From a bacterium (GTDB lineage: Bacteria > CAYTYR01 > UBA6262): DNA of 64,000 bases. Numbering within the stretch: position 1 is the stretch's first letter; each line of letters opens with the position of its first letter. The DNA lies in the NCBI GenBank assembly GCA_028712365.1, contig JAQTQE010000007.1, positions 1,026 to 65,025 on the forward strand, given 5' to 3'. A model generated the notes under the pieces. The model was given only the letters and a program-made list of their open reading frames with translations. It was not told the origin of the DNA and ran no database searches. Shown piece after piece: positions 1-10,300 of the stretch. The translations under genes were made by a program, and so were the position numbers.

Positions 1-93
1 GGTCCGGGTCATATTGATCAGCATAAGATAAAATGGGATGACGCAGAAGAACAGCAAAACTATTAGAAGCAAATAAACAGCAGTTTTACGCAT
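1..93 (-). CDS. Carbohydrate ABC transporter permease (MalG/UgpE-like). Only the N-terminus is in the window and the gene runs off the left edge.
   Basis: The reverse complement of 1-93 reads MRKTAVYLLLIVLLFFCVIPFYLMLINMTRT, a hydrophobic N-terminus typical of the second permease of sugar ABC importers. Its ATG overlaps the stop of the upstream permease (ATGCGTAA). Confidence 0.5.
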   Translation of the reverse strand, partial: MRKTAVYLLLIVLLFFCVIPFYLMLINMTRT

Positions 94-1006
94 CTGGTGT
101 ATTCCTGTTGAATACTTTTAAGTAAATAATGGAAAATATTGCCGTAAAGAAAAACATGATAAATGACACCGCGGAGCCACTTCCCAATTGCCCCCACCTG
201 AAAGCCCGGCTATACATATAAACCGCCATAGTCATCAAGGATTGGTCAGCTCCTCCCGTCCCTTCCGTGATCACCCAGGGCATATCGAACATATTCATGC
301 CTCCGATCAATGAGGTAATGATCACATATGCCAGCATCGGTTTAAGCAGCGGCAGGATAATAAAACGGAATAATTTCGTCTCAGAGGCGCCATCTACGAT
401 CGCGGCTTCAATAATATGTTTGGGGATTCCCTGGATGCCGGCCATCAGCAGGATCATGGTATAACCAAACCACATCCAGGTCTGAATTACAGAAATGATC
501 ATCCGGGACCGGGAAGGATCATTCAACCACCAGATATAGCGATCACTGGCGCCGGGACCGGTGCCGAAAAGAAATTGGTTGAGCATCCCATGCTGCCAAT
601 CAAGAATGGCATAGGCCAGCACAGCGATGGAAGTCACGGTTACAAGATTGGGGAAAAAATAGACAGCCCGGAATAATCCCATACCATATATTTTCAAGCG
701 GCGATTGGTTAAAACAAAAGCCAGAAAAAGCGCCAGGGACAACTGAGCGATGATATTGGGCAGCCAGATGATCCAGGTATTCAAAAAACTCTGCCAGAAA
801 AGAGATCTTTTACTGGTCAATTCTTCGATATAATTCCTGATCCCTACGAAATTATATGCCTGGGAATTCAAATTTTCGTTAGTCAGGCTGGTAATAAAAG
901 TATTGATGACCGGATAAATAGAAAAAAGAATAAACACGGCAAAAAATGGCAGGATAAACAAGTATCCATACCAGTCATACTTTATAGACTTAGTTTGCAT
1001 TTTCAT
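86..1006 (-). CDS. Carbohydrate ABC transporter permease (MalF/UgpA family).
   Basis: The 306-aa ORF has six predicted TM segments. It carries the EAA-like loop (IIEAAIVDGASETKLFRFIILP) typical of binding-protein-dependent permeases. Confidence 0.85.
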   Translation of the reverse strand: MKMQTKSIKYDWYGYLFILPFFAVFILFSIYPVINTFITSLTNENLNSQAYNFVGIRNYIEELTSKRSLFWQSFLNTWIIWLPNIIAQLSLALFLAFVLTNRRLKIYGMGLFRAVYFFPNLVTVTSIAVLAYAILDWQHGMLNQFLFGTGPGASDRYIWWLNDPSRSRMIISVIQTWMWFGYTMILLMAGIQGIPKHIIEAAIVDGASETKLFRFIILPLLKPMLAYVIITSLIGGMNMFDMPWVITEGTGGADQSLMTMAVYMYSRAFRWGQLGSGSAVSFIMFFFTAIFSIIYLKVFNRNTPDA

Positions 1007-1024
1007 GATCAGTCATTCTGGTAA

Positions 1025-2320
1025 TTATTTGATAGTTACTTGCGGATAAGCCTGTTTTACGCGTTGGCCAAGCGTGGTGATCAATCCAGCCAGATCATAT
1101 TTCCCGTTCAGGTATTCATTGACCAGCTGCCCGACCATCTGATTGATCTGGTAATCATCGCCGGAAATAGCGCTGGAATCAATATACTTCACCTGGTCGG
1201 CAAAATACTGATAGTGGTTCTGGCCATTAATAACAGGAGAAGACATAGCGCTTTTTATCTTATCTACCACGGTTTTATCGGACATAAAGTCACCAGTCTT
1301 CTTGGCATAAGCTTCCATATAGGCTTTGTCCTGGGTCAGCATTTGAATGAATTTCCAGGCCAGTTCTTTCTTTTTGCTGTTTTTGTAAATACCCATCCAG
1401 GTACCACCCCAGAAGAACGGGCTCGGAGGAGCAGTTACTGCCCAGTCACCTTTGGAATCAGACTGTTCGGAAAGGACAAAGAAAAGTCCCCAGGTCGGCC
1501 AGCCATAGACAAATACGGTTGCTTCATCGGGTTTGGAATTCATAGCAGAGAAGAACGGACCGGACCAGTCGCTGATCTTGGCGTCATAGTCATTATCACG
1601 GATCGCCTTTATTATCTTGAAATACTCGATCATCTGGGGATCAATGGAAAACTCATTTTTATCATTGATCCATGGAATCTTCCTGGCAGAATAGAACGGG
1701 CGATAAATTGTTTCTCCTGTGCCAGCAAACATTTTAACCTTTCCTTTACTCTTAGCTTTCAGAGCCGCCGCGGTACGCATGACCGCGTCCCAACTGGAAA
1801 AGTATTGCCCGATCTTTGCCGGGTCATCTGTACCAAAATATTTCCTGGCCACACTCCGGCGATAGAACCAGCCTCCGGGAGTCGCTTGCCAGGAAAGAGC
1901 TCTCAAAACACCACCCTTGTCTGTGCCCATTTGAACCACATAGGGATATGAATCCTTGGTTTTGGCGTTATAGGGAGCTTTGTTCAAATCCTCCCAGTAA
2001 CCGCCATCCAGGAATTGTTTTACCCAGGCTGCCTCACCGACAAAAACATCAGGAACTCCCTTGCCTGTTTTTAAAAGAGGCAGGATCTTGGCCTGGTATT
2101 GTTCAGTGGGAATGATCTGCAGGTCAACTTTTACATTGTACTTCTTCTCAAAGTCAGCCACAATACCCTGGCTTTTGAATTCAGAATTATAAGTTATAAT
2201 AGAGAGATTATTTGAGTCAGCACATCCGGCCAAGAAAGCAGCCAGGAAGATAACGATCAGCAGTAAGCCATTCTTTTGTTGCCTCCTAGCCTTAGCTAAT
2301 TTTCCTTTAAACCCAGTCAC
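1025..2320 (-). CDS. ABC transporter extracellular solute-binding lipoprotein (family 1, sugar-binding).
   Basis: The ORF is full of SBP-like sequence. The hydrophobic lipoprotein signal ...LLLIVIFLAAFLAGC lies well downstream of the first ATG. The likely start is the GTG at 2320, preceded by AAGGGG. Confidence 0.75.
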   Translation of the reverse strand: MTGFKGKLAKARRQQKNGLLLIVIFLAAFLAGCADSNNLSIITYNSEFKSQGIVADFEKKYNVKVDLQIIPTEQYQAKILPLLKTGKGVPDVFVGEAAWVKQFLDGGYWEDLNKAPYNAKTKDSYPYVVQMGTDKGGVLRALSWQATPGGWFYRRSVARKYFGTDDPAKIGQYFSSWDAVMRTAAALKAKSKGKVKMFAGTGETIYRPFYSARKIPWINDKNEFSIDPQMIEYFKIIKAIRDNDYDAKISDWSGPFFSAMNSKPDEATVFVYGWPTWGLFFVLSEQSDSKGDWAVTAPPSPFFWGGTWMGIYKNSKKKELAWKFIQMLTQDKAYMEAYAKKTGDFMSDKTVVDKIKSAMSSPVINGQNHYQYFADQVKYIDSSAISGDDYQINQMVGQLVNEYLNGKYDLAGLITTLGQRVKQAYPQVTIK

Positions 2321-2357
2321 TATACACCCCTTCGTTTCGTAGTAGAGACATAATATT

Positions 2358-3050
2358 TTATTCACTAAAGTACCTGCTTTTTTCAGCGCCGATAGTTGAG
2401 TCGGTCTTATGCCCCGGAAAGATCCTGGTTGACGGCGGCAGGTTGAAGAGCAGGTATTTAATGCTGCTATCAAGAGCTTCCTTGCTACCTCCCGGAAGAT
2501 CTGTTCTGCCCATACCACAGTTGAATAAAGTATCTCCGGTAAAAGCTAACCCCTCACTAACTAAGGTAATGCCTCCCGGGGTATGTCCCGGAGTACAGAC
2601 AACAGTCAACGTCTGTCCTCCTACCGGGATCTTCTCCCCGTCGGTTAAAAAACGGTCGGCGGTTATCTCATACAGGATCGATGCGTCATTACTATGGATC
2701 AGGACTTCTGCCTTCGTAGCTTTTTTTACTTCAGACGCGGCCTTGGTATGATCGCCATGCCCATGAGTAAGGATGATCTTCTTCACCTTTAATTTGTTTT
2801 CCTTGGCCAGGGAAATAATCTTTTCCGCTTCACCGCCGGGATCTATCACTACAGCGTCAAGAGTTTTCGGGTCATAGGCAATGTAGCAGTTGGATTTAAA
2901 ACGCGCCACCGGAATATTCAGGACAGTTAGCGGCAGCCCCTCGAACTTGTGGTATGAATTTGGATCAACTTTTTCTTGTTCAACCGAGCAACCAGTTAAA
3001 AATAACAGCCCTAAGATCATTAGAAGCCAAGACATTCTCATTGTTCTCAT
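2358..3050 (-). CDS. MBL-fold metallo-hydrolase lipoprotein.
   Basis: It has the HGHGDH zinc-binding motif (LTHGHGDHT) and a C-terminal D/H pattern. The lipoprotein signal is MRTMRMSWLLMILGLLFLTGC. Confidence 0.8.
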   Translation of the reverse strand: MRTMRMSWLLMILGLLFLTGCSVEQEKVDPNSYHKFEGLPLTVLNIPVARFKSNCYIAYDPKTLDAVVIDPGGEAEKIISLAKENKLKVKKIILTHGHGDHTKAASEVKKATKAEVLIHSNDASILYEITADRFLTDGEKIPVGGQTLTVVCTPGHTPGGITLVSEGLAFTGDTLFNCGMGRTDLPGGSKEALDSSIKYLLFNLPPSTRIFPGHKTDSTIGAEKSRYFSE

Positions 3051-3103
3051 TTACAATCTCCCGTTAGTTCTTTCTCCTAAATAAGCCATTCTCAGGCTCA
3101 ATA

Positions 3104-4264
3104 TTAAGGATTAGTTTCGTTGTCTTCCGTATCTTTTTCCGGTTCTTCATTTTCTGATTCGTCTTTTTGTTCAGCCGTAGTTTCAGTTGATTTTGAGCTG
3201 TCTATTTTTTCCTTAATACCCTTAAAAGTCTTGTCTAAAACAATTTTTACTTCATTTTGCGGAAGATTCTGCCACTGGCCGCCTCTGATCAGCATCTCAG
3301 ATGTATCCATGTCATAAAAATCTATTATGAAATATTTTAAAATACTAGAACTGCTGATCTGATAATAATCGTAACAAAAAACAGCCACCAGCTTGGGCAG
3401 ATTGATCTCTTCATTTGAGACAATACCGGGCCGAACCTGGATCACCGCGTTCTTTACATCATCAAAAGACAAGATTTTATTCGCCTCTGTCACCACTACT
3501 TTATTCTTGCCGAGAAATTCTTTTATTGCGCTGCTCTTAAGAGCAAAATTCACATTTTGAGGCAGATTACCAGAGTTATATAGCACTTTAAACGGATTAA
3601 TAGTACTTTGTACCAGCCCAATGACCGTACCTTGCGAATTCAACAAAGGGCTGCCGCTATTGCCTGGTTGGACTTCTACTGATATTTGCAATTGGAGCGG
3701 ATCATCTTTCAATCCGACCGTTGAGCTGATCAAGCCCTTATTTAAACGCGCGTTATTCCCCAGCAAGGTGCTCAAGGGAAATCCTATCGAATATACCTCT
3801 TGTCCCATTTTACAATCATCTGTAAAATACATCGGCAAAGGTTTTACTTTTTCTTGTAATGATCCAATTATCTTTAATAAAGCTATATCCTTTTTTTCAT
3901 CCTGGTCGATCAAGTCAGCTTCATACCTGATACTATTCACCCAGACACTGGCTTTCTTATCTTTCCCGATAACATGCGCGGCGGTAAGAAAATATCCCTC
4001 CTCCGTTATAATAAAGCCTGTACCTTGCGAGGCTATTTGGCCATCTTCAGCAACTTCATGTACTCTAAATTTAAGTTTCTTCAACTGGGCTTTTACTTTG
4101 GAGAATAATTTTATTGGGTCTTTTTCCTTTTTTGGCTTGATCAGGTAAACTTCGCGGTACTTTTTTAAATCAGCGTCTTTCTTTACTTGGACAATAGGCA
4201 TAACACACCCGCATAATAACAATGAACAGATGAATAAAGCCAAGACCTTGTTAAAATTAGTCAT
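3104..4264 (-). CDS. Trypsin-like (S1/DegP-type) serine protease lipoprotein with an acidic C-terminal tail.
   Basis: The catalytic triad context is TAAHVIG, DIALLKI and GNSGSPL. No PDZ domain is present. The signal is LLLCGC. Confidence 0.75.
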   Translation of the reverse strand: MTNFNKVLALFICSLLLCGCVMPIVQVKKDADLKKYREVYLIKPKKEKDPIKLFSKVKAQLKKLKFRVHEVAEDGQIASQGTGFIITEEGYFLTAAHVIGKDKKASVWVNSIRYEADLIDQDEKKDIALLKIIGSLQEKVKPLPMYFTDDCKMGQEVYSIGFPLSTLLGNNARLNKGLISSTVGLKDDPLQLQISVEVQPGNSGSPLLNSQGTVIGLVQSTINPFKVLYNSGNLPQNVNFALKSSAIKEFLGKNKVVVTEANKILSFDDVKNAVIQVRPGIVSNEEINLPKLVAVFCYDYYQISSSSILKYFIIDFYDMDTSEMLIRGGQWQNLPQNEVKIVLDKTFKGIKEKIDSSKSTETTAEQKDESENEEPEKDTEDNETNP

Positions 4265-4311
4265 CTTTCCTCCGGATAAAGTAATAACTACGCAGGTTAA
4301 GATCTAATTAC

Positions 4312-5487
4312 TTATCTGATCACGGCTATCTTTCCTTTTTCCTGCCGGCTGTTATCATCAGGATAAGTAATGACATAAACATAAATTCCGCTGGCTACTT
4401 TCTCCCCTTCTTTATTTACCAGGTTCCAGTACACAGAAGATGAATTGTTATTTTTATCTACCTCATTGATCAGCTTACCGGAAAGGTCATAGATCTCAAT
4501 GTTAGCCCTGCTCTGCAAATTGCGGAAGTAAACCCTGCTGCTGTTTTTGCAGGGATTAGGATGTGTTCGCGCTTTTGAACCAGGGCCGGGTAAGGCCGGT
4601 TCTGGTTCAGGATCATCAGGATCCGTGGGATCGGCGGCACTAGTTCCTCCATCCCAACCAGCGAGGCGTGCCCACAACCACCAGGCAGCATAGGCTTTCT
4701 GATTGGCATTCAGAGGTTGAGAATGGGCGGCAGAACAATTATACCAGTCAACTCCTTCAGTATGCGCAGCCTGCCATTCTTCAGCCCAATTATTATCACG
4801 GCTGCCATTGTTGTCACTGTCATAATTGCACCCGTCATCCGGGCTTTTATCCCCGAAATAAGCGCCGTCCGGATCATAACTTTCAATATCTTCAAAATCA
4901 TAAAGGATCTTGTCATTGGCGTTACAATAATCCCTGATCTGCTGGTTGCGGATATGGAGATTACCGGTAAGACCGCCTCCATCCAGATGACCGGTCATAT
5001 AGACGAATTTCACCTTTGGATAATCACTTTCCAGACCATTCATCAGGCTGAGATATGTACTGATATTAGAATACGAAGAACCACTTACCTGGCCGCACCA
5101 GGACCAGATGATAACGTTTATTTCAGGGTGAGCATCGAGGTAATCCCTGGTAGCGGTTTCCCAGGCAGTGAAATTCGGATTACCCAGGTCACTGGCTCCT
5201 GTAATGTTCTCCCTCAAGTCCAGAGCTCCGCCCGTACCACCGCTATTATAGGCATAGGATGACCCTTTAAAAATAACCAGGCCGGTCATGCCGGTAGTGA
5301 GTTGGCTGCCATGAGAAGTGTGCCCATAGGCGATATGCAGGTCCTGACGCGCCTTATCTACCCAGGCTGAGGGTATCGTGGACAAATTGACGCAATTGTG
5401 ATCAATAACTTTGCTCGCGCCATAAGCCGACGCAGACAGTATGAGCACATAAATAATTAAAACCAGTATTTGTATTCTTTTTTTCAT
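4312..5487 (-). CDS. Secreted protein with a C-terminal type IX secretion (Por) sorting domain. It may be a hydrolase.
   Basis: It has an N-terminal signal peptide. The C-terminus ...VYFRNLQSRANIEIYDLSGKLI...GIYVYVITYPDDNSRQEKGKIAVIR matches the T9SS CTD pattern. Confidence 0.6.
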   Translation of the reverse strand: MKKRIQILVLIIYVLILSASAYGASKVIDHNCVNLSTIPSAWVDKARQDLHIAYGHTSHGSQLTTGMTGLVIFKGSSYAYNSGGTGGALDLRENITGASDLGNPNFTAWETATRDYLDAHPEINVIIWSWCGQVSGSSYSNISTYLSLMNGLESDYPKVKFVYMTGHLDGGGLTGNLHIRNQQIRDYCNANDKILYDFEDIESYDPDGAYFGDKSPDDGCNYDSDNNGSRDNNWAEEWQAAHTEGVDWYNCSAAHSQPLNANQKAYAAWWLWARLAGWDGGTSAADPTDPDDPEPEPALPGPGSKARTHPNPCKNSSRVYFRNLQSRANIEIYDLSGKLINEVDKNNNSSSVYWNLVNKEGEKVASGIYVYVITYPDDNSRQEKGKIAVIR

Positions 5488-5498
5488 TAACGCTCCAG

Positions 5499-6488
5499 TT
5501 AAATATATAGTCTTTTTGACAATTCCTTTAGATCCCTCAGCGCGTAACCAAACATTATTCCAGCATTCTTTTTGAGTCCAAAGTGTATGCTATCTTCAAG
5601 GGCAGCCTGCAACGCGCCGCAGGCTTTATACAGCAGGACTCTCATATAAGCTGCTTCCTTTAGCGCCGGCATAGTTTTCCCGTACGCTTCCCAGAAAGAC
5701 TGGTTTGGATCAGTCCCATAAAGGATCCACTCAAAATACGGGTCTCCCCAGAGGCTCCTGTCCCAATCCAGGATAGCAGCTATCTGATAATGACTGTGTT
5801 GTTTCCTGACCAGTATGTTCCTGAGCCAAAGATCTCCGTGAATAAGTCTTGGCGTTTTTACTTTATCCAACAGGGGCGCCATTCTTCGCGCCATAGTTGA
5901 TAATGAATATTCCTGAGGAAGGCACAAATACGGATGCCCCTTCAGGTCCTCTTCCAGGGAAAGCACATACTTAGCGATAAAATCGCTCCACCTTTTATGC
6001 CGGCCAAATGGCGGCGGATAGCCGAACCATTTTCCTTTGTTCGCCAATGAATGTATCTGCCGGGCATATCCCCCAAGCTCCCGGTATATATGATCCATTT
6101 CCTTTTCAGTCAAATACTTTTGCTGATAGTGGAGTGTCTGGCCCTCACTAAACTCAGAAATGACATAATCCCGATCGATCAGTTTCCTGGTAAAGTCGGA
6201 GAACAAGAGCTGCGGGACAGGTATTCCAGTCCCTCTTAAATACCGGTTAATATATACTTCCCGTTTCAGCAGTTGTTTCTCCACTCCCAATAGCTTCTTA
6301 TCATTAGGGGGAGCGACCCTTAATACCACCATCCTTTGGTCAGCTAATTCAATTTGATAGGAAGTATTGAACAGGCCGCCGCGGATAGGCTGGGAGCGAA
6401 TCACCTTGATCCCGCTGCCCAATCCTCTCTTGATCAGTGATTCTATTGTTTTACTGCTGATGGGAGCTTTCAGGATCTTATGAGCCAA
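5499..6488 (-). CDS. Phosphotransferase (APH/choline-kinase-like) family protein.
   Basis: It carries the Brenner motif LIHGDLWLRNILV and a downstream DWD (ILDWDRS). Confidence 0.7.
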   Translation of the reverse strand: MAHKILKAPISSKTIESLIKRGLGSGIKVIRSQPIRGGLFNTSYQIELADQRMVVLRVAPPNDKKLLGVEKQLLKREVYINRYLRGTGIPVPQLLFSDFTRKLIDRDYVISEFSEGQTLHYQQKYLTEKEMDHIYRELGGYARQIHSLANKGKWFGYPPPFGRHKRWSDFIAKYVLSLEEDLKGHPYLCLPQEYSLSTMARRMAPLLDKVKTPRLIHGDLWLRNILVRKQHSHYQIAAILDWDRSLWGDPYFEWILYGTDPNQSFWEAYGKTMPALKEAAYMRVLLYKACGALQAALEDSIHFGLKKNAGIMFGYALRDLKELSKRLYI

Positions 6489-6497
6489 GATGTTCCC

Positions 6498-6857
6498 CTA
6501 TTTAGTTGTCTTTCTCTCGTTATAGCCTTTATCGCCATATGGCTGTAGTTTATCGAGCCACATTGCTTCAAGCACTTCCAGGTCATCGGAATAATTATAA
6601 GCTGGATCTTCTTTGGGCTTGAGCTGGTCAATTATTTCAAAAACGAAATTATCCTTGCCAAATTCCCTATAATCCTTCTGCAGATCCGTATTTGGATGGC
6701 TGCCCATATCTAATTGGAATGTTTCCCTATTGATCCTGCCCGGTATATTATTACTATTAATGACCAGGATCTTGCCATTTACTTTATTCCGTATTTTAAA
6801 AACACCCATCGGTTGCAAGGTTTCTTTGTATTGCTTTCTCAGCGCTTTTTTATCCAA
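6498..6857 (-). CDS. Small GIY-YIG-like nuclease family protein.
   Basis: GVFKIRNKVNGKILVINSNNIPGRINRE...GSHPN..LQKDYREFGKDNFVFEII resembles stand-alone GIY-YIG proteins in its Arg, H-N and FEI(L) positions. The YIG motif is degenerate. Confidence 0.4.
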   Translation of the reverse strand: MDKKALRKQYKETLQPMGVFKIRNKVNGKILVINSNNIPGRINRETFQLDMGSHPNTDLQKDYREFGKDNFVFEIIDQLKPKEDPAYNYSDDLEVLEAMWLDKLQPYGDKGYNERKTTK

Positions 6858-6867
6858 TTGGTCTCCT

Positions 6868-7323
6868 CTAATTGATCTTTTTTATTTCCTGCTTTTGGGT
6901 GAAAGGCACACCCTTCTCTCCGGTGAAGAACACAATAAGCACTACCTCCTCTGTCCCATTATTCCGTCCATTGTGCGCTACATTTACTACTTCAGCGAAT
7001 GCTTCTCCTGCTTTAAACTGCCGGGACACGGCTTTATCATACTCCAGCGTGATAGTCCCGGAAAGCACGTAAGCATAGCCAGGCACTGAATGAGTATGCC
7101 AGCCAGTTTCTTGTCCTATCGGTATCGTTACCTTCAGGCCAGTAACCTCTGGCTGCTCTACCTGGGGATAGACCAGATTTTGCCCGACAACATCCTGGGT
7201 TGCCTGGAGCACCATCTTTGACTGCACACCCGCGTTGTAGACTGTTTCAGCCTTAACTGGCCCAATAACTATCAAGCACAGCCCCAGGACCGCCAGCCTT
7301 ACCTTTGATCGATCAAGACGCAT
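6868..7323 (-). CDS. Secreted cupin-domain protein.
   Basis: It has a signal peptide and a cupin beta-barrel motif (GWHTHSVPGYAYVLSGTITLEY...GEAFAEVVNVAHNGRN). Confidence 0.7.
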   Translation of the reverse strand: MRLDRSKVRLAVLGLCLIVIGPVKAETVYNAGVQSKMVLQATQDVVGQNLVYPQVEQPEVTGLKVTIPIGQETGWHTHSVPGYAYVLSGTITLEYDKAVSRQFKAGEAFAEVVNVAHNGRNNGTEEVVLIVFFTGEKGVPFTQKQEIKKIN

Positions 7324-7348
7324 TTACCAATCTCCTTTTGTGTCTTTA

Positions 7349-10300
7349 TTATTGCTTTTTCATGGTGATATAAATGTTCTTTTTATACTGGTTATTATCA
7401 GCGTCTGTCCAGGCAATAGTAACCTTACCGGTTTGATCAGCGATATAGGAGCCATGATCAACCATTACTGTGACAATATCTTCTTCTCCCGTAGTATCAC
7501 CGTGAACCGGCATGATGATAGTGATCCAGTCTTCATCCTCGCTCAGCGTCCAGGAGATCGTCTGGCCGCTGGCGCTTTTTATTTTAAAAGCCCCCGCCTG
7601 CACTAAAGGCCCTATGATCAGATGCTCACTGTCTGTCTCCAGCAACGCCGGAAGGCTTTTTTTGCTTTTAGGCAACTGGTTTGGAAACCTCACGGCATTC
7701 GGATCATCCAGGGTGACTGTAATGAATTTCTTCCCGGCGCTACCCGCGTCCACCACCATTACCGTATGCGTGGAAGCTGTGACCGCGCTCCAATCCACGG
7801 TCAAAGCTACGGGCTCCATCTCATTGACAGTGGTACCAGTGGCTGGAGTGATCGCTAACCAGGTAACCGGCCGTAATTGGCTGATCGACCAGTTCATAGC
7901 CGCGAATCCATTATTCTCGATATTTATCTTCCTGGCAGTTTCCGGTCTATTGATGACCACTTCGCTTGCCGCGATAAATAATTCCGGTTGTACCGGCACA
8001 GAAACAGTGATATCTTTCCGTCCGGCGCCAGTACCATTCTCGTCAACGGCCAGGAGCGTGATCGTCCCGGTATAGGTTTTCGTCGCGGTTAATTTAGTCC
8101 TGTCTAATGTCACCCGCAGGATAAAATCATCCAGGTCATCATACACATAAGCTTCTGGTGTCACTGCGGTCCAAGCTTCACTATTGGCATGATCACGGCA
8201 GTTCACGCTAAACCAATCATCGCTGATATATATTTTGTATTTTAAAATTTTCCCGCCATCATTGTCGAGATAGATATATCTTTCACTTTCATTATTCGAC
8301 CAATCCAGGGTTAAGGGATAGGCCACCAGTTTGGCCGGCGGGTCAGCAGCCAAGTTCTTGGAATCGGGATTGCGCGGGTTGGTCCCGGCTGCTACTTCTG
8401 CGCTGTCACTGACAGCGTCATCATCGCTATCCTCATCAGTTATACTTGTGCCATATCTTATTTCCTGTGCGAGGGCTAGCCCGTCACCGTCGATATCCTG
8501 GTCGACGCTGTTATAAATACCATCATGATCATGATCTAAAGGCACGGCCAGGGTCACCTTGGCCATATTGCCGCTGCCCTTGGTTTCTTTCTTAGCCAGG
8601 CCAATCCCGTTTTTTACATAAACGATAAAAACCCAGGGGTCATGAGGGCTAACTGATGAGTATAGAGTCGACCCGAAAGCGCCAAGTTTCGCGCATTGGG
8701 CCAGGAAATTAACTTGTTTATGTTTAGCTAAAGCTAGAATATATTTGTCACTGGTATTGTCATATTGGTCTAGCCAGTTATGCACGGCTGTCACACTGGT
8801 TAGTTCCTTCATACTTTTACTTATCAGCCGGCCGCTGTCAGGGTCAAAAGCCGCGGCTAAAACACAAGCCGGGGAACTGGCGTCAAAATCCCAGATGAGC
8901 GAATCATTCTTAGTGATCCTGGCAGATGACGCGTTCAGGTCAGATCCTGCTTCTACTTCAAACACTGGTTTTAGATAATTCAACGCATTATATCTATTCC
9001 GGTAATCGGTAATAGCCGGGCGGGCGCGGCGATTATAACCGCTGGTGCCGCCGGTATCCCATCTTACGTGATCTATCCAGTACTGGATATTGCCGTTACC
9101 AGTCCTGATCGGCCTGCTGGAAACAGAGAAAACCATTTTCATCTTTTCCAGATTAAGCTTGGCCAAGTGCGACCCATTGGCAGGATGTTTGTAACCATAC
9201 TCATCCTGCCAGGTATAGCTGTGACTGTCCCACAAAGCGCTGATCGGCACAGTGATCTCCTGCCAGGCTGTACTATTAGCGTTGAATTCACTGAAATAAC
9301 TTTCATCGAACCATATAAAAACAGCGTTTTCCAAGCCGCTCTCGTCTTCGAACTTCAGGAAAATATCTTGCTTCAGCGGCTCCCCGATCGGTGTCGCCGG
9401 AGTAGTAGTTTGCTGGATCTTTATCCAAAATTTCAAATCACCATTGGCAAATCTTGATAGATCAATAAAATCCCTGGTGCGGAAGAGCCCCCAACCCCCG
9501 CCATAATCCTTGCCCCAGATCTCTGTATATGTGCAGCGGTGACCTTCGGGTATAATGTTGCCGGCCCCGCTGCCGCCAGTATAAGCATATTCTTTAAAAT
9601 TACTGTAATTTAACCTGCTGCCTTCCTGAAGGCTGATATAGTCAGCCTGGGAATTGATCTTACCATAACCTGTCCCTTGCGCCGGCAAGCCCCAGGTGAA
9701 AAAGTCCCAAGCCGGACTTCCGCCTTTTTGTTCACCGATCAAGCCCATATCGCTAAAGAAGACCAATGGGTTGATAGTCTTAGGATCCTGGCTGTTGAGC
9801 CCCCAAAACTCCTCTTCCATGCATCCGTCAGGCCACAAGTAAGTATTAGCCGGTACTCCGTTGTTTACCGGATAACCAGGATCATTATCATGAGTTTCCG
9901 GATTTTTGCCTTTCAGTTTCCACCATTCATCTACCCACTCAAAAGCGCAGCCACCAAGCAGGGAATCACTATTGTCTTGAGCCGACAACCGGCTTTGTAT
10001 TTCGCTCCATTGCCAACTGAGCCCTTCTTTCTGGCTCGCTACATCTTCAAATTCTTTTGCCGGGTCAGTATGGTAGCGCCACGCATCCACCCCATATTCA
10101 CTGAAATAATACGGCTTATTACACGTAACAGTATCGGCATACATCTCATAGAACGGGTCAAAGCTCTTGCCTTTATACAGGTTCAACCCTATCAGGTCAA
10201 TATTAGGCAACAAGCCAACACCGGCTTTATAATGTTCATATGAAGGATAATGCGGTTCACCCAAACACACGGCTACGGGATGATTGGGATCATTAGCTTT

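Noticed and set aside
1040-1951. The 303-aa plus-strand ORF, and similar plus-strand ORFs throughout such as 4717-5262, 7512-8075, 9677-10243, 22029-22745, 39529-40236 and 53473-53991.
   Set aside because: All lie fully inside stronger minus-strand genes with clear homology, and their translations are low-complexity. They are treated as antisense ORFs.
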